This document shows positions 9,910 to 18,852 of a stretch of 40,519 bases of DNA, piece after piece. Location of the stretch: positions 1-40,519 of IMG/VR virus record IMGVR_UViG_3300045988_100906; one strand, written 5' to 3'. How positions within the stretch are numbered: the stretch's first letter is position 1; every line of letters starts with the position of its first letter. The DNA comes from a virus. The notes below the pieces were generated by a model, which worked only from the letters and a program-made list of their open reading frames with translations, ran no database searches and was not told where the DNA came from. The position numbers were made by a program, and so were the translations under genes.

Positions 9910-9910
9910 G

Positions 9911-10360
9911 TTATTTCCCTCCAATCTCAAAGTGTGGGATAACTTTATAAGGGCCTTTTACGTTTGTTACCAGGAATACATAATCCCTGCTTTTGTTCAA
10001 ATAATCATAAAAACCGCCGTTTGCTCTGTTTTCATAATCCGAATTTTTTACCGGGTCTTCCGTGTATTCTCCTGCCATAAAAAAATCCCCAGCCGCAAAT
10101 GTAATGCTTTTTAATAAATCCCCTTGGGTTTTCCATTCTTTCGGCGGCAGCCACAGAAGTTTCCCTATCATTCGTTTCCCGGCTATTACCCTGTATTTAA
10201 TATGCAAATTCGCTGCATCTGCGCTGTCCAGTCCGGTTTTAGCCACATTGGCAGCTTCATCCATATTTAAGTCCACCTTGGACAAAATGTGAGGATACCA
10301 ATATATATCCCCTGCCTCATCGACATGTTTATTAAAAAATGTCACAGTATCGGTATACAT
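9911..10360 (-). CDS. head-tail joining protein (149 aa)
   Basis: GAGGAGG RBS. Position in the connector cluster. Confidence 0.5.
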   Translation of the reverse strand: MYTDTVTFFNKHVDEAGDIYWYPHILSKVDLNMDEAANVAKTGLDSADAANLHIKYRVIAGKRMIGKLLWLPPKEWKTQGDLLKSITFAAGDFFMAGEYTEDPVKNSDYENRANGGFYDYLNKSRDYVFLVTNVKGPYKVIPHFEIGGK

Positions 10361-10375
10361 TGATATCCTCCTCTC

Positions 10376-10516
10376 TTACCAGAATTCTTTTCCGCATTTT
10401 TCACATTTCCAGATATGGTGCGTCCGGTACCTCCCTGGCGAAATATCATCTAAAATCGTTCTGGAATACACTGTCTTTTCGTGTTTGCAAAACAGTATTT
10501 TAAACAGCTTTTTCAT
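10376..10516 (-). CDS. 46-aa zinc-ribbon-like peptide (CxH...CxxC)
   Basis: Hand translation: MKKLFKILFCKHEKTVYSRTILDDISPGRYRTHHIWKCEKCGKEFW. ATGA overlap with the upstream stop. Below the 60-aa track cutoff. Confidence 0.45.
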   Translation of the reverse strand: MKKLFKILFCKHEKTVYSRTILDDISPGRYRTHHIWKCEKCGKEFW

Positions 10517-10857
10517 AACGCACCCACCTCCTGGAACGCTTTCAGAATTTTAGGAAACTGTAAGGCAATCCAGTCAGTAATTTCTTCTGAAACGCCCCAT
10601 GCTTCTTTGGTACTGCTGTCACACCATAAACCGCTTTCGTGCAAAAATGCATGTACTATCTCATGCCTTAAGGTATGTTTGTAATAATCCTTTTGATTTT
10701 TTGTAGTATTTTCGTCTGGTTCAATCAAACCTACCACAATCTGTTTTGTATACGGGTCCATATACCCGTCTACGTTTTTCAACATCACATCTTCGGATTC
10801 TTTGATATACAAAATCTCATATTCTGTCCCCAAAATATTTACTCTACATTCCTGCAT
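10513..10857 (-). CDS. HExxH metallopeptidase-like protein (114 aa)
   Basis: Motif LRHEIVHAFLHESG, preceded by a GxxD...I.V pattern as in small ImmA/SprT-like zinc peptidases. Confidence 0.6.
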   Translation of the reverse strand: MQECRVNILGTEYEILYIKESEDVMLKNVDGYMDPYTKQIVVGLIEPDENTTKNQKDYYKHTLRHEIVHAFLHESGLWCDSSTKEAWGVSEEITDWIALQFPKILKAFQEVGAL

Positions 10858-11320
10858 ACAACAAATATTCTCCCTTTTTATCTGTTACTCCGCACAAGTA
10901 TTCTGTGGCAATCTGCCGCAACAGCATGTTTTCTACCTTTTTATCCATGGCGGCCTGCGTATACACATCTGTGCTGCTCCCGGTTACTCCAGTAATATAG
11001 GTAATGCTTTCAGAGCCAGAAGAAACAGAAGATACCATTTTTCCGGTCACTGTACCGTCTTCTCTTTTTATAGTTCCCACAGTTTCCATGCTGTTATTTC
11101 TAAACGTATCAATTTGGTACAAGGCATCAGCAATCGCACAGACAGCCTTTTTAATTCTTATTTGAGCCCGTTCATTTTCTGGGAGCCCGTCTTCCAGACG
11201 ATTGTATGTAATATTGTCTATACGGTCACTGGCCGCCTCTAAGTACCTGTAAAGGAGGTCTCCAGGCACAGCATTTCCGTAGTAATCATTTTCATAAAAC
11301 CCTTCATCTGCATATGCCAT
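10844..11320 (-). CDS. gp6-like head-tail connector protein (158 aa)
   Basis: Directly downstream of the major capsid gene. The N-terminus YYGNAVPGDLLYRYLEAASDRIDNITYNRL is typical of this family. Confidence 0.7.
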   Translation of the reverse strand: MAYADEGFYENDYYGNAVPGDLLYRYLEAASDRIDNITYNRLEDGLPENERAQIRIKKAVCAIADALYQIDTFRNNSMETVGTIKREDGTVTGKMVSSVSSGSESITYITGVTGSSTDVYTQAAMDKKVENMLLRQIATEYLCGVTDKKGEYLLYAGM

Positions 11321-11331
11321 AGCGTTTCTCC

Positions 11332-12510
11332 TTAGCCTCTGGTTTTAATCCGTGCAATCGGAATTGCCTTAATCGGGAAATATTTTGTACTGCCGGAATC
11401 ATTATTCTGTGCAAGTTGCCACTTACTTCCGTCTTCCAGTTCTGCGTCTGTAGGGGAAATAATAGAGCCCGCTTTCCAGGAAATTCCGTATGGAGAGAAA
11501 ATCTTCCGCTGACGGGAGTAAAGCACATCCACTCCGCCTTTTGTCTTGGGGTCTCTGTCCATTTCATACGGAACTTTTGCACCGACATTTGTGTATTCAA
11601 TAGCGCCTGCGCCCATAACATAGGTTGTATAAACCGTGCCGGCCGGAAGTTGTACTACATACTCATTCGCTTTAATGTCGGAGATGTCAGCGGTCACATC
11701 GGATTTATTAATTTCCTTGTCTCCTGCTGCACCAGATTCTTTTACCAGCTTCGCACCCTCTGCGTTTTTATCCGCTCTTACATATTTTGCTTTTACGGAT
11801 TCCGTCGGCATATTATCGTCGATAAGCACTGTTCTTCCGTTTACGGTAGCCAGAGTAAGGTCCCTTTCAATGCCTTCTGCGTCTGTGTACTTCATGTAGG
11901 CCAGCAGTTTTAAATTTTCAAGGTTTGTAGCAATCTGGGAATGCATAACTGCCAGACTAAACTTGCCTTTATTGTCCCCCAGTGCCTTCTGAATACCGTT
12001 ATTCAACGTAACTTCCGTAAATACATTTTTGTCCGCGTTGTTTGAAATATCATAAGTGTGCTGCTCAACAAAATCTTTGTCGCCTTTTGCAGTCATGGAG
12101 AAAATACCCTTTAAAGTTGCAAGCAACGTAGCCTGGTCTACATCGTCCCAGTATTCTGCCACTTCCTCGGCTGCCGGCATGAAATCCTCTCCTGTAATAT
12201 CCGTAGAGAAGTCTTTTTCCGTCCAGCCATGCGCACGCCCGATAACAATACGTCCATGCGTGTATGTATCTCTGGAATCTGCTGTAATATCCGTATTTCC
12301 GTCGTAGTTATCAGCCTCTCCGCCGATTCTCGCCTTAATCGGAATTACAATATAGTTTCCGCCCGTCTGGTCTGGCAGCATTGCAGCATATTCACTCTTT
12401 TCTACTACCGCACCAGACTTCAATAATTCGTTTCGGTTAAGGTTTCCCACGCGTTCCACGTATGCACCAAAAACCTCTCCATTAAAATTCTTTTTGTCAA
12501 ATAATGGCAT
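11332..12510 (-). CDS. major capsid protein (392 aa)
   Basis: Size and position after the scaffold gene. AAAGGAGA RBS. Confidence 0.8.
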   Translation of the reverse strand: MPLFDKKNFNGEVFGAYVERVGNLNRNELLKSGAVVEKSEYAAMLPDQTGGNYIVIPIKARIGGEADNYDGNTDITADSRDTYTHGRIVIGRAHGWTEKDFSTDITGEDFMPAAEEVAEYWDDVDQATLLATLKGIFSMTAKGDKDFVEQHTYDISNNADKNVFTEVTLNNGIQKALGDNKGKFSLAVMHSQIATNLENLKLLAYMKYTDAEGIERDLTLATVNGRTVLIDDNMPTESVKAKYVRADKNAEGAKLVKESGAAGDKEINKSDVTADISDIKANEYVVQLPAGTVYTTYVMGAGAIEYTNVGAKVPYEMDRDPKTKGGVDVLYSRQRKIFSPYGISWKAGSIISPTDAELEDGSKWQLAQNNDSGSTKYFPIKAIPIARIKTRG

Positions 12511-12522
12511 TTACATTCTCCT

Positions 12523-13125
12523 TTACATATACTGTGTAATATCCAGTCCCGGATTTTCATTTTTCATCCGCATTAAATCACCCATATTTAATTTGGTTCC
12601 CGGGTCTGTCTTTTTTCCTGTTCCGGCAGTAGTAAAACGAGCAGCATGCTCCTGGGCCCTCTGCTGTTTTTCGTCAATAAAAGCTGTGGCGTCCTTTTCT
12701 TTAATCTGTCCAATTAAGTCATTTAAGCCAAGGATTTTGCCGTCTTTCAGCTTCAATCCAGCCTCTTTTACTTCTGCCATAATTGCTTTCTTTGCCGCTT
12801 CGGAACTAAATTTAAGTTCTTCAAACGCTGTGTTTAAGGCATCAGAAAAATCTCTTTCATAAATTTTCTGGTTGTAGTCCTGCTCTGCTGCTTCTGCTTT
12901 CTCTTTCCAGTCTGCAATCTCCGTTTTCAGACCTTCGACATCAACCCCATCGAACTTATTCAGTGTTTCTTCTGCTGCCTCTGCTTTCTCTTTCCAGTTA
13001 TCCCGGTCGGAGGTCAGATTTTCATTTTCTTTCTGCAGCTTTTTAAGGTCTTTCCCGTTTTCTGCCATAACAAAGGCAATCTGTTCTTCGGTCAGTCCTT
13101 TTTCTTTTAAATCTTCTGTCTTCAT
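12523..13125 (-). CDS. scaffolding protein (GP20-like, 200 aa)
   Basis: Charged coiled-coil sequence. MKTEDLKEKGLTEEQIAFVMAENGKDLKKLQ resembles the phage GP20 scaffold family. Confidence 0.8.
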   Translation of the reverse strand: MKTEDLKEKGLTEEQIAFVMAENGKDLKKLQKENENLTSDRDNWKEKAEAAEETLNKFDGVDVEGLKTEIADWKEKAEAAEQDYNQKIYERDFSDALNTAFEELKFSSEAAKKAIMAEVKEAGLKLKDGKILGLNDLIGQIKEKDATAFIDEKQQRAQEHAARFTTAGTGKKTDPGTKLNMGDLMRMKNENPGLDITQYM

Positions 13126-13216
13126 TTTTCTTCTCCTTATCCGCTATTAGGTTATTTATAGGTGTGTAACCGTCCACCAACGGTTTGCCGTTTTATAGGA
13201 CTTGGCTTGTCCGGAA

Positions 13217-13289
13217 TCGGGGCACCCGGAATCGAACCGGGGACTTGCTGTATGTAAGACAGGCGCTCTGCCAACTGCGCTATGCCCCA
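13217..13289 (-). tRNA. tRNA, hand-folded anticodon UAC (Val)
   Basis: 73-nt cloverleaf with perfect T arm CCCGG/UUCGAUU/CCGGG, D loop AGUUGGCA and anticodon loop CUUACAU. Non-Watson-Crick pairs at 1:72 (U:G), 12:23 and 27:43. No encoded CCA. Confidence 0.6.
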
Positions 13290-13384
13290 ATACTGTGCAC
13301 GCCGGAAATTGCATCCGCTTTTCAACCTCCGGCATATAACCGTTTCTATTAAGGACGTGCACCTTGGAAGGAGGAATCAGATAT

Positions 13385-13428
13385 AAGAAAAGAGCCAGTG
13401 GAACATATCACACATTCCACTTGGCTCT
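13385..13428 (-). terminator. rho-independent terminator after the KTR gene
   Basis: 13-bp stem AGAGCCA(A)GTGGAA / TTCCACTGGCTCT, followed on the minus strand by TTTTCTTAT. Confidence 0.55.
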
Positions 13429-13444
13429 GCGTCTGGCGTCTGGC
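13423..13444. repeat. 22-bp exact repeat, copy 2
   Basis: Identical to 7352..7373. Starts 1 nt after the KTR stop and overlaps the terminator arm. Confidence 0.9.
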
Positions 13445-13648
13445 CTATTTGCTCTTAAATATTGTTTTTAATCCCTTATGGACTTCTGCCAAAAAAGTTT
13501 TTTTACATTTCGGGCAGAATACAGGGAGATTCTTTGCGGTGGTGTCCACCTGGATTTTGGTTCTGGTCTTACTGCCACATTTAGGGCAGTGCACCCAGTC
13601 TCCTATCTCCTCTGTTCTCATATATTTTATCACCTTTTCATCTTTCAT
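13445..13648 (-). CDS. cysteine-rich KTR-type zinc-ribbon protein (67 aa; alternative start 13621 gives 58 aa)
   Basis: Motif CPKCGSKTRTKI...NLPVFCPKCKK matches the Cys-rich KTR family pattern. The track start at 13729 overlaps the upstream gene. Confidence 0.65.
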   Translation of the reverse strand: MKDEKVIKYMRTEEIGDWVHCPKCGSKTRTKIQVDTTAKNLPVFCPKCKKTFLAEVHKGLKTIFKSK

Positions 13649-13659
13649 TTGTCCCCACG

Positions 13660-14877
13660 TTATTCCCCTTTCGCACTCTTGTACCGCCTTGCCGCCCCTG
13701 CTGCTTTCATTGCCTGCTCTCTGTTCCATTTGGCTATCTGCAGCCTCTCATGGTACGGTTTAAGTTTGTTATCTTCGCAAAACTGTCGATAGGCTTTATT
13801 TTGCTTGCTTAAAAGGTAAGATTTCCGGTCAAGTTCCTGCTGCAACTCGAATTTTAATTGGGTGTCCTGGCAATTATCTACTGCCGTCTGCATATTCTGT
13901 ATTTTACGCTTTGTGTCGCGCACACGACGCTCTAATGTCCGCTGGCGCTGTTGTTTTTCATATACCTTTTTATTTTCTTCGTTATCATATTGTTCAAAGT
14001 AGTTGTTTTCTCCGTCACTGGCACCAAAACTATGCCTGCAGTTCGCGCCGCACAATCCCGTTACTGTCCCGTACCCAGTTTCTGTAAATGGTGGAAACCG
14101 CTTATCTTTGCCGGAAAGACTATAAAACTTCCCCTGCCACCAGGAATGATTTCCCGGGTTCTCCCCGCCGTCTCCAATGCGGGCACCCAAATGGCTGCTT
14201 ACAAGGATAGTATCCCATTCCATTTCTTTCATGCGTTCGATGGATATTTGCCCCGCCGCCTGGCTTACACCTGTTCGCAAAATCATCATAGTAGCAGCTT
14301 CTATACTCATTTTGTACCCTGATGGATACTGAACCTTCAGCCCGTCATCGGAAACCTCTTTTATTACATCTCTGACCGCCTCTGTGTACGATACAGCCCC
14401 AGAAGTGACCATATGGTACGCAGTATCCATCTGCTTAATAAAAAGCCTCTGTGCTCCGTTTGCGGTGGTTCTGGTAAAGTTTCTCCACTCTCCTGCCGTA
14501 GCTTCGTAGTTGCGTTGCATGATACGCATAAGCGCCGGAGATTGCAGAAGAGGAATAGGAGACAGTCCGGCATCCTGATAGATTTTATCGTCCCACTGCA
14601 AAGCTGTTACCCCTGCTTCCTCCATAGCCTCTCTAATTTCCTGTACTTGCTTTTTGGTCTTATCGGAAAGCTCTTTCTGTATATCCTCCAGAAGATATCC
14701 CGCCTCCTGCAATACCTCAATCTGCCACTTGTCCGTAGCTGTCAGAAGATAATCTTCCCCCCGTCCTATTCTCGCCATCATACGGGCTATAATCTTGTCT
14801 ATGATGTTTTTATGGAGCTGGGAAGCAATAAATTCAGCCGCTTCTGTTATGCGGTATAGGTATTCTGGTGTAAGCAT
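13660..14877 (-). CDS. minor head / head morphogenesis protein (SPP1 gp7 or minor capsid protein 2 type, 405 aa)
   Basis: Lies in the portal-to-scaffold interval, separated from the portal by two small genes. The N-terminus LTPEYLYRITEAAEFIASQLH is typical of this family. Confidence 0.8.
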   Translation of the reverse strand: MLTPEYLYRITEAAEFIASQLHKNIIDKIIARMMARIGRGEDYLLTATDKWQIEVLQEAGYLLEDIQKELSDKTKKQVQEIREAMEEAGVTALQWDDKIYQDAGLSPIPLLQSPALMRIMQRNYEATAGEWRNFTRTTANGAQRLFIKQMDTAYHMVTSGAVSYTEAVRDVIKEVSDDGLKVQYPSGYKMSIEAATMMILRTGVSQAAGQISIERMKEMEWDTILVSSHLGARIGDGGENPGNHSWWQGKFYSLSGKDKRFPPFTETGYGTVTGLCGANCRHSFGASDGENNYFEQYDNEENKKVYEKQQRQRTLERRVRDTKRKIQNMQTAVDNCQDTQLKFELQQELDRKSYLLSKQNKAYRQFCEDNKLKPYHERLQIAKWNREQAMKAAGAARRYKSAKGE

Positions 14878-15137
14878 TAAACCGCCTCATATGTCTTTTC
14901 AAAAATATCCGGTTTGCAGGGATAAAATTCTCCGTTCACACCTTTAATGATATAATCGCCCTCACTTGCTGTCATAACTCCCTCAAGTGTTTCTATTTTT
15001 AACACTGGTTTGTTTGGGTTCTCATAGTTGACAACAACGTCCTGATTGTCAATAAACTCAGATAGTTCTGCAATCCTGTCAACCGTATCAACAAACTGTA
15101 ATGCTTCAATTACAACTGGTTTCTTCCTGTATTTCAT
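14877..15137 (-). CDS. conserved small phage protein (86 aa), unknown function
   Basis: GGAGGA RBS. KKPVVIEALQF...GDYIIKGVNGEFYPCKPDIFEKTYE is a recurrent small phage protein pattern. Confidence 0.6.
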   Translation of the reverse strand: MKYRKKPVVIEALQFVDTVDRIAELSEFIDNQDVVVNYENPNKPVLKIETLEGVMTASEGDYIIKGVNGEFYPCKPDIFEKTYEAV

Positions 15138-15140
15138 AGC

Positions 15141-15437
15141 TTATTCCTCCGTCTTTTTAGTCTGCTTAATGACCTGATTTACATATGTACTCAGTCCGGC
15201 AACAAGGATTCCCTGTACAAGTGCCGTAAACACTGCCATAGCGATTTCCTGTCCGTTTGCCAGTGGACTTGTCGCCAGCACCCAGATAGCACACAAAACA
15301 ACGCCAACGCCGCCAAGAATCAGCGGAATATACTTATCCTTTACAGCCTGCGCCTGTTTCAACCCCATTCCCACAAAGTACAGCACAATAGCAACAATAA
15401 TCAGTTCCGGTTTTACATAGTTCATAATCTGTTCCAT
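15141..15437 (-). CDS. holin-family membrane protein (about 98 aa, 3 TM)
   Basis: NYVKPELIIVAIVLYFVGMGLK...IPLILGGVGVVL...VFTALVQGILVAGLSTYVNQVIKQ matches the clostridial phage holin family pattern. Start is ambiguous (15443, 15437 or 15425). Confidence 0.6.
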   Translation of the reverse strand: MEQIMNYVKPELIIVAIVLYFVGMGLKQAQAVKDKYIPLILGGVGVVLCAIWVLATSPLANGQEIAMAVFTALVQGILVAGLSTYVNQVIKQTKKTEE

Positions 15438-15449
15438 CTTCATTCTCCT

Positions 15450-16892
15450 TTATTCTTCCTTGAATTTGTTGAAAAGCGTGTCCTCTTTCGGTTGCGCTTC
15501 TTCAACCATTGCTTTAGCCTCTGTCTCACTCATTTTTTCAAATTTTACATAATACATCCACGGCGGCACATCTCCCTGAATTCTATATTTCCACCAGTTT
15601 GCCATATCTTCCTGGTAGTTATATGTAATGTCCCCAAAGCTAAAAGATATAGATTCTTTTAACGTTTCCCACAGTTCCGGTGGTGTATCTCCGTAAAGGT
15701 CTGCCATTACATTGCAGGCATACAGCAGATTTATCATGGTATCCTGTAGCGCATCTCTGATATTTTTAATCGTTCGGATTGTTTCCTGGTCGTCTGCCTC
15801 TACCTGTGTGGCCGTCATCATACCCGTTTTCTCATCCAGAACGAACATTCCCTGGGAAAATCCACATTTGGTCGAAATCATGGCAAGAATGGAGTTAATA
15901 TCCTTGATACGCTGCTCTGTAAGAAGTGTGGATACATGCTCATTTATCGTGCTATCCCCGTCAACCCCCATTTCCAATCCGCGCACAAAACGCGGGAGAC
16001 TAACCTCTTCGTTTGTTATGGGATTTTTAATAGCCGCCTGTGCTATGAAGGTGATGTGTTTGCTATCCTCAATTTCTCCACTTTTCCTGCTCCATGCTAC
16101 GTCAAGGTCCTTTAATTCTTTTAAAGCATTGTGCCACACGGGAACTCCCAAGGGGCTTGTCCGGTCAATGCGATTTGGTGCCGGATTTTTAAAATATGCA
16201 AACAGCGGCATTTCCACATTTAATAATAATATATCCGGCTCAATATTCGCCCACTCCTTGACCTCTGTTAATTTGCATGGGTCTCCTATGTTTGACTGGT
16301 TTGCTGCCATTCTTCCAGTTCTCGCCTTATAAGCATAATTTGTAATGTGGTATACCTTCCCCGCCGCACCGTCTTCCAATATGGTCTCCTCGAACCTGTG
16401 CCATTCCAACCGAGTATACCGCCAGCTCCCCCGGTCTATCTGGCTTTGAAATACACAGCCTAAAATATTACCGTTACTGTCTGTCTCTGTTGGCGCAAAG
16501 CTACCCGCTTCAATGTAGTCTATATTATCACCGTTTGGCTTAAGCATAATGCCACAGTTCCCCAAACCCTCTGACACCTTATCTGTAATCACTGCCAGCA
16601 CATAATCAGCCTGCTTTTGCAAATATTCCGCGCGCGCGCTGCCGGAAATATCAATTCCTAAATCCAGCGTCACAAGCCCTGCTGTCACATCATTAATGTA
16701 TCCGGCAAAATTAATACTCTCAATGTCATTTTCTGGGTTGAGCCACGGTGGTTTCCCAGAAGTAATGTTGTAATATTTAATTATCTCCGATTCCATAACA
16801 GAAGAAAGCTGTATATCCGCATGAAACCGCTCCTCTATCTCTTTCCGAAACAATTTATTCCACACCGCCTTTATCCATGTTATCAGCCCCAT
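15450..16892 (-). CDS. portal protein (SPP1 Gp6-like, 480 aa)
   Basis: Size and position after the terminase gene. Confidence 0.85.
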   Translation of the reverse strand: MGLITWIKAVWNKLFRKEIEERFHADIQLSSVMESEIIKYYNITSGKPPWLNPENDIESINFAGYINDVTAGLVTLDLGIDISGSARAEYLQKQADYVLAVITDKVSEGLGNCGIMLKPNGDNIDYIEAGSFAPTETDSNGNILGCVFQSQIDRGSWRYTRLEWHRFEETILEDGAAGKVYHITNYAYKARTGRMAANQSNIGDPCKLTEVKEWANIEPDILLLNVEMPLFAYFKNPAPNRIDRTSPLGVPVWHNALKELKDLDVAWSRKSGEIEDSKHITFIAQAAIKNPITNEEVSLPRFVRGLEMGVDGDSTINEHVSTLLTEQRIKDINSILAMISTKCGFSQGMFVLDEKTGMMTATQVEADDQETIRTIKNIRDALQDTMINLLYACNVMADLYGDTPPELWETLKESISFSFGDITYNYQEDMANWWKYRIQGDVPPWMYYVKFEKMSETEAKAMVEEAQPKEDTLFNKFKEE

Positions 16893-16976
16893 TTACACCA
16901 CCTGCGTTTTTCGTGTAAAATATCTCCAACTTGAATTTTAAATTTTTCTTTTCTCATAGGTTATCCTCCTTAACAA

Positions 16977-17096
16977 TTACTCCTTGCAAGCCATTGCCGC
17001 TTTATCAGCTATTTTATTTATTGCTTCGATAATGGTCCACTCCTGTTTTTCCCAAACCACTTCTGCCCTTGTTTCAGCCGTTGTTATATTTTCCAT
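16977..17096 (-). CDS. 39-aa ORF between terminase and portal
   Basis: Hand translation MENITTAETRAEVVWEKQEWTIIEAINKIADKAAMACKE, with AGGAGAGG RBS. Confidence 0.35.
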   Translation of the reverse strand: MENITTAETRAEVVWEKQEWTIIEAINKIADKAAMACKE

Positions 17097-17131
17097 ATTC
17101 CTCTCCTATACAATCCACCTGTTCAACTGCC

Positions 17132-18763
17132 TTATGCCTGTGTTCCGCGTCTCATAAATACCGGCTCAAACGCATACCTGAGAGCGTCTATAATGTGGTT
17201 ATCTGCGTCAGGATAACCAGAAATGATGTTCCCGTCCTTATCTCGTTCGTATTCATATCTTGTCAGTTCATTATATGCGTTCGGTGTCCTCCTGCGGTCG
17301 ATGACTATCTTCCTTTTCTGCAACCACTTCATTCCATAGTCCACAGAGCCGGGCCCTTTGATTGCTGCTCGTGAGAACACGCCTAAATCCCTGTAATCAT
17401 TCACAGACTTTTTCTCTGCGGAGTCGCAGATAATACAGTAGTCGTTATAGCCTTTCTCTTTTATCCAATCCGCTGTTACCGTGTTCGACTCCTTATTTGC
17501 ATAATGCTCATCAATCAGATAGATAGTCTCTCTCGCATGGTCGTAATATGCCCGAATAAAAGCATACGGGTCAGGAAACCATCCCCAGTCAATCCCTTGA
17601 TATATCTTGTCCATGCGAGAAATTTCATCATCTGTAATTTCTCTCAATTCCAAAAATTCAAATACATTCCCTCCGTTCCCATTTGCTACTCCTTCATATT
17701 CATTTTCATAAGCGGCCGGGTTGACTTCTTTGAGATGTTCAGCTTCATTTATAAATTCTTCGCCTAACCACTCTGGCGGCACGTCCTTATATGTACTATG
17801 CACTACCATAGCCGAATCATTTTTAAATTCTGCTTCTTCCGCATACTCATTCGCCCAATTATTTTTACTTCTAGGCGGATTAAATGACTTAAACCGGAAA
17901 GCCTTGTCACCTCCACGGATAGCAGACTGTTGTATACTTCTCACCTCTTCCGGTCCCGCAAACTGGTCAAGTTCCTCCAGCCACAAAATCCCGATATATC
18001 CGAACTCCGGCTTAATCGACTTGATTTTGAGAGGGTCGTCTGCACCACGGAAATATATTTTCTGCCCTGTAGGCTTATAGATAATCTCAAAAGGCGATTT
18101 CTTGTATTCAAATACTTGTTCAAGGCCAAGCGTTCCTATCGCCCATTTCATTTGCGCATATACGGAATCTTTAATTGTATTCCCTACTTTACGCAATATA
18201 AGGGCGTGCATGAAAGGATTATTCTTTATCAACTCCGGTATAATACAGGATATACCAGAGGACTTTGTAGAGCCTCTACCGCCTGGAAGAACATACTCTG
18301 AATGTTTCCCTTTACGGATATCCCGAATCATAGGGTGGAATACATCAGCTACAACATCAAGGTCAATGTGATACACACCGCTCTTCCTCTCCTCTTCCAT
18401 TGCTTTCTTCTCAGCTTCTTTCTCTTCCTTTATGGTCAACGCTTTCTCCAAGTCATTCATTGCCTTTATTTGGTCTGAAAAGTCAGGCGCAAATCCGAAA
18501 TTGTCTTTTAGTTCTCCTCTTGCAAGTTTTGTACGACGTTCTTGTATCTCCGCAAGGCTCATTATGTCTCTTCCAGTTTGTTTTTCTATTTCTTTCTGTC
18601 TTTCTGCTATATAGTCCGAAACCCCACGTTTCTCCAAGATGTTTTTTCTCGCATTTTTAGCCACTGCGTCTGAATATCCTGCCTTTTTTGCTGCATCAGA
18701 TAAATTCCCACCGTTTTTCAAGTATTCGTCCGCGAACGCTTTCTGCTTTAATGTAAGTTTCAT
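17132..18763 (-). CDS. terminase: TerS-like N-terminal domain fused in frame to a PBSX-type large subunit (543 aa)
   Basis: Residues 1-115 (LTLKQKAFADEYLKNGGNLSDAAKKAGYS...) look like the Terminase_2 small subunit. From about residue 125 (..SEYVLPGGRGSTKSS Walker A..) it looks like a PBSX/Terminase_3 TerL. No stop codon between the two parts. Confidence 0.85.
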   Translation of the reverse strand: MKLTLKQKAFADEYLKNGGNLSDAAKKAGYSDAVAKNARKNILEKRGVSDYIAERQKEIEKQTGRDIMSLAEIQERRTKLARGELKDNFGFAPDFSDQIKAMNDLEKALTIKEEKEAEKKAMEEERKSGVYHIDLDVVADVFHPMIRDIRKGKHSEYVLPGGRGSTKSSGISCIIPELIKNNPFMHALILRKVGNTIKDSVYAQMKWAIGTLGLEQVFEYKKSPFEIIYKPTGQKIYFRGADDPLKIKSIKPEFGYIGILWLEELDQFAGPEEVRSIQQSAIRGGDKAFRFKSFNPPRSKNNWANEYAEEAEFKNDSAMVVHSTYKDVPPEWLGEEFINEAEHLKEVNPAAYENEYEGVANGNGGNVFEFLELREITDDEISRMDKIYQGIDWGWFPDPYAFIRAYYDHARETIYLIDEHYANKESNTVTADWIKEKGYNDYCIICDSAEKKSVNDYRDLGVFSRAAIKGPGSVDYGMKWLQKRKIVIDRRRTPNAYNELTRYEYERDKDGNIISGYPDADNHIIDALRYAFEPVFMRRGTQA

Positions 18764-18852
18764 TTATCCACCGCCCCTATGTATTTCTATAATCATCCGA
18801 CTATTTGGAGCAGCAAAATAATCAATACTCGTTTTCCTGCCTATCAAATACC

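Noticed and set aside
13156-13362. 68-aa minus-strand ORF
   Set aside because: It overlaps the tRNA cloverleaf at 13217..13289 and has no RBS.
16883-16957. 24-aa ORF (MRKEKFKIQVGDILHEKRRWCKWG) with a perfect AAGGAGGA RBS, overlapping the portal start
   Set aside because: It is too short to support from sequence alone. It may only be a translational-coupling leader for the portal gene.
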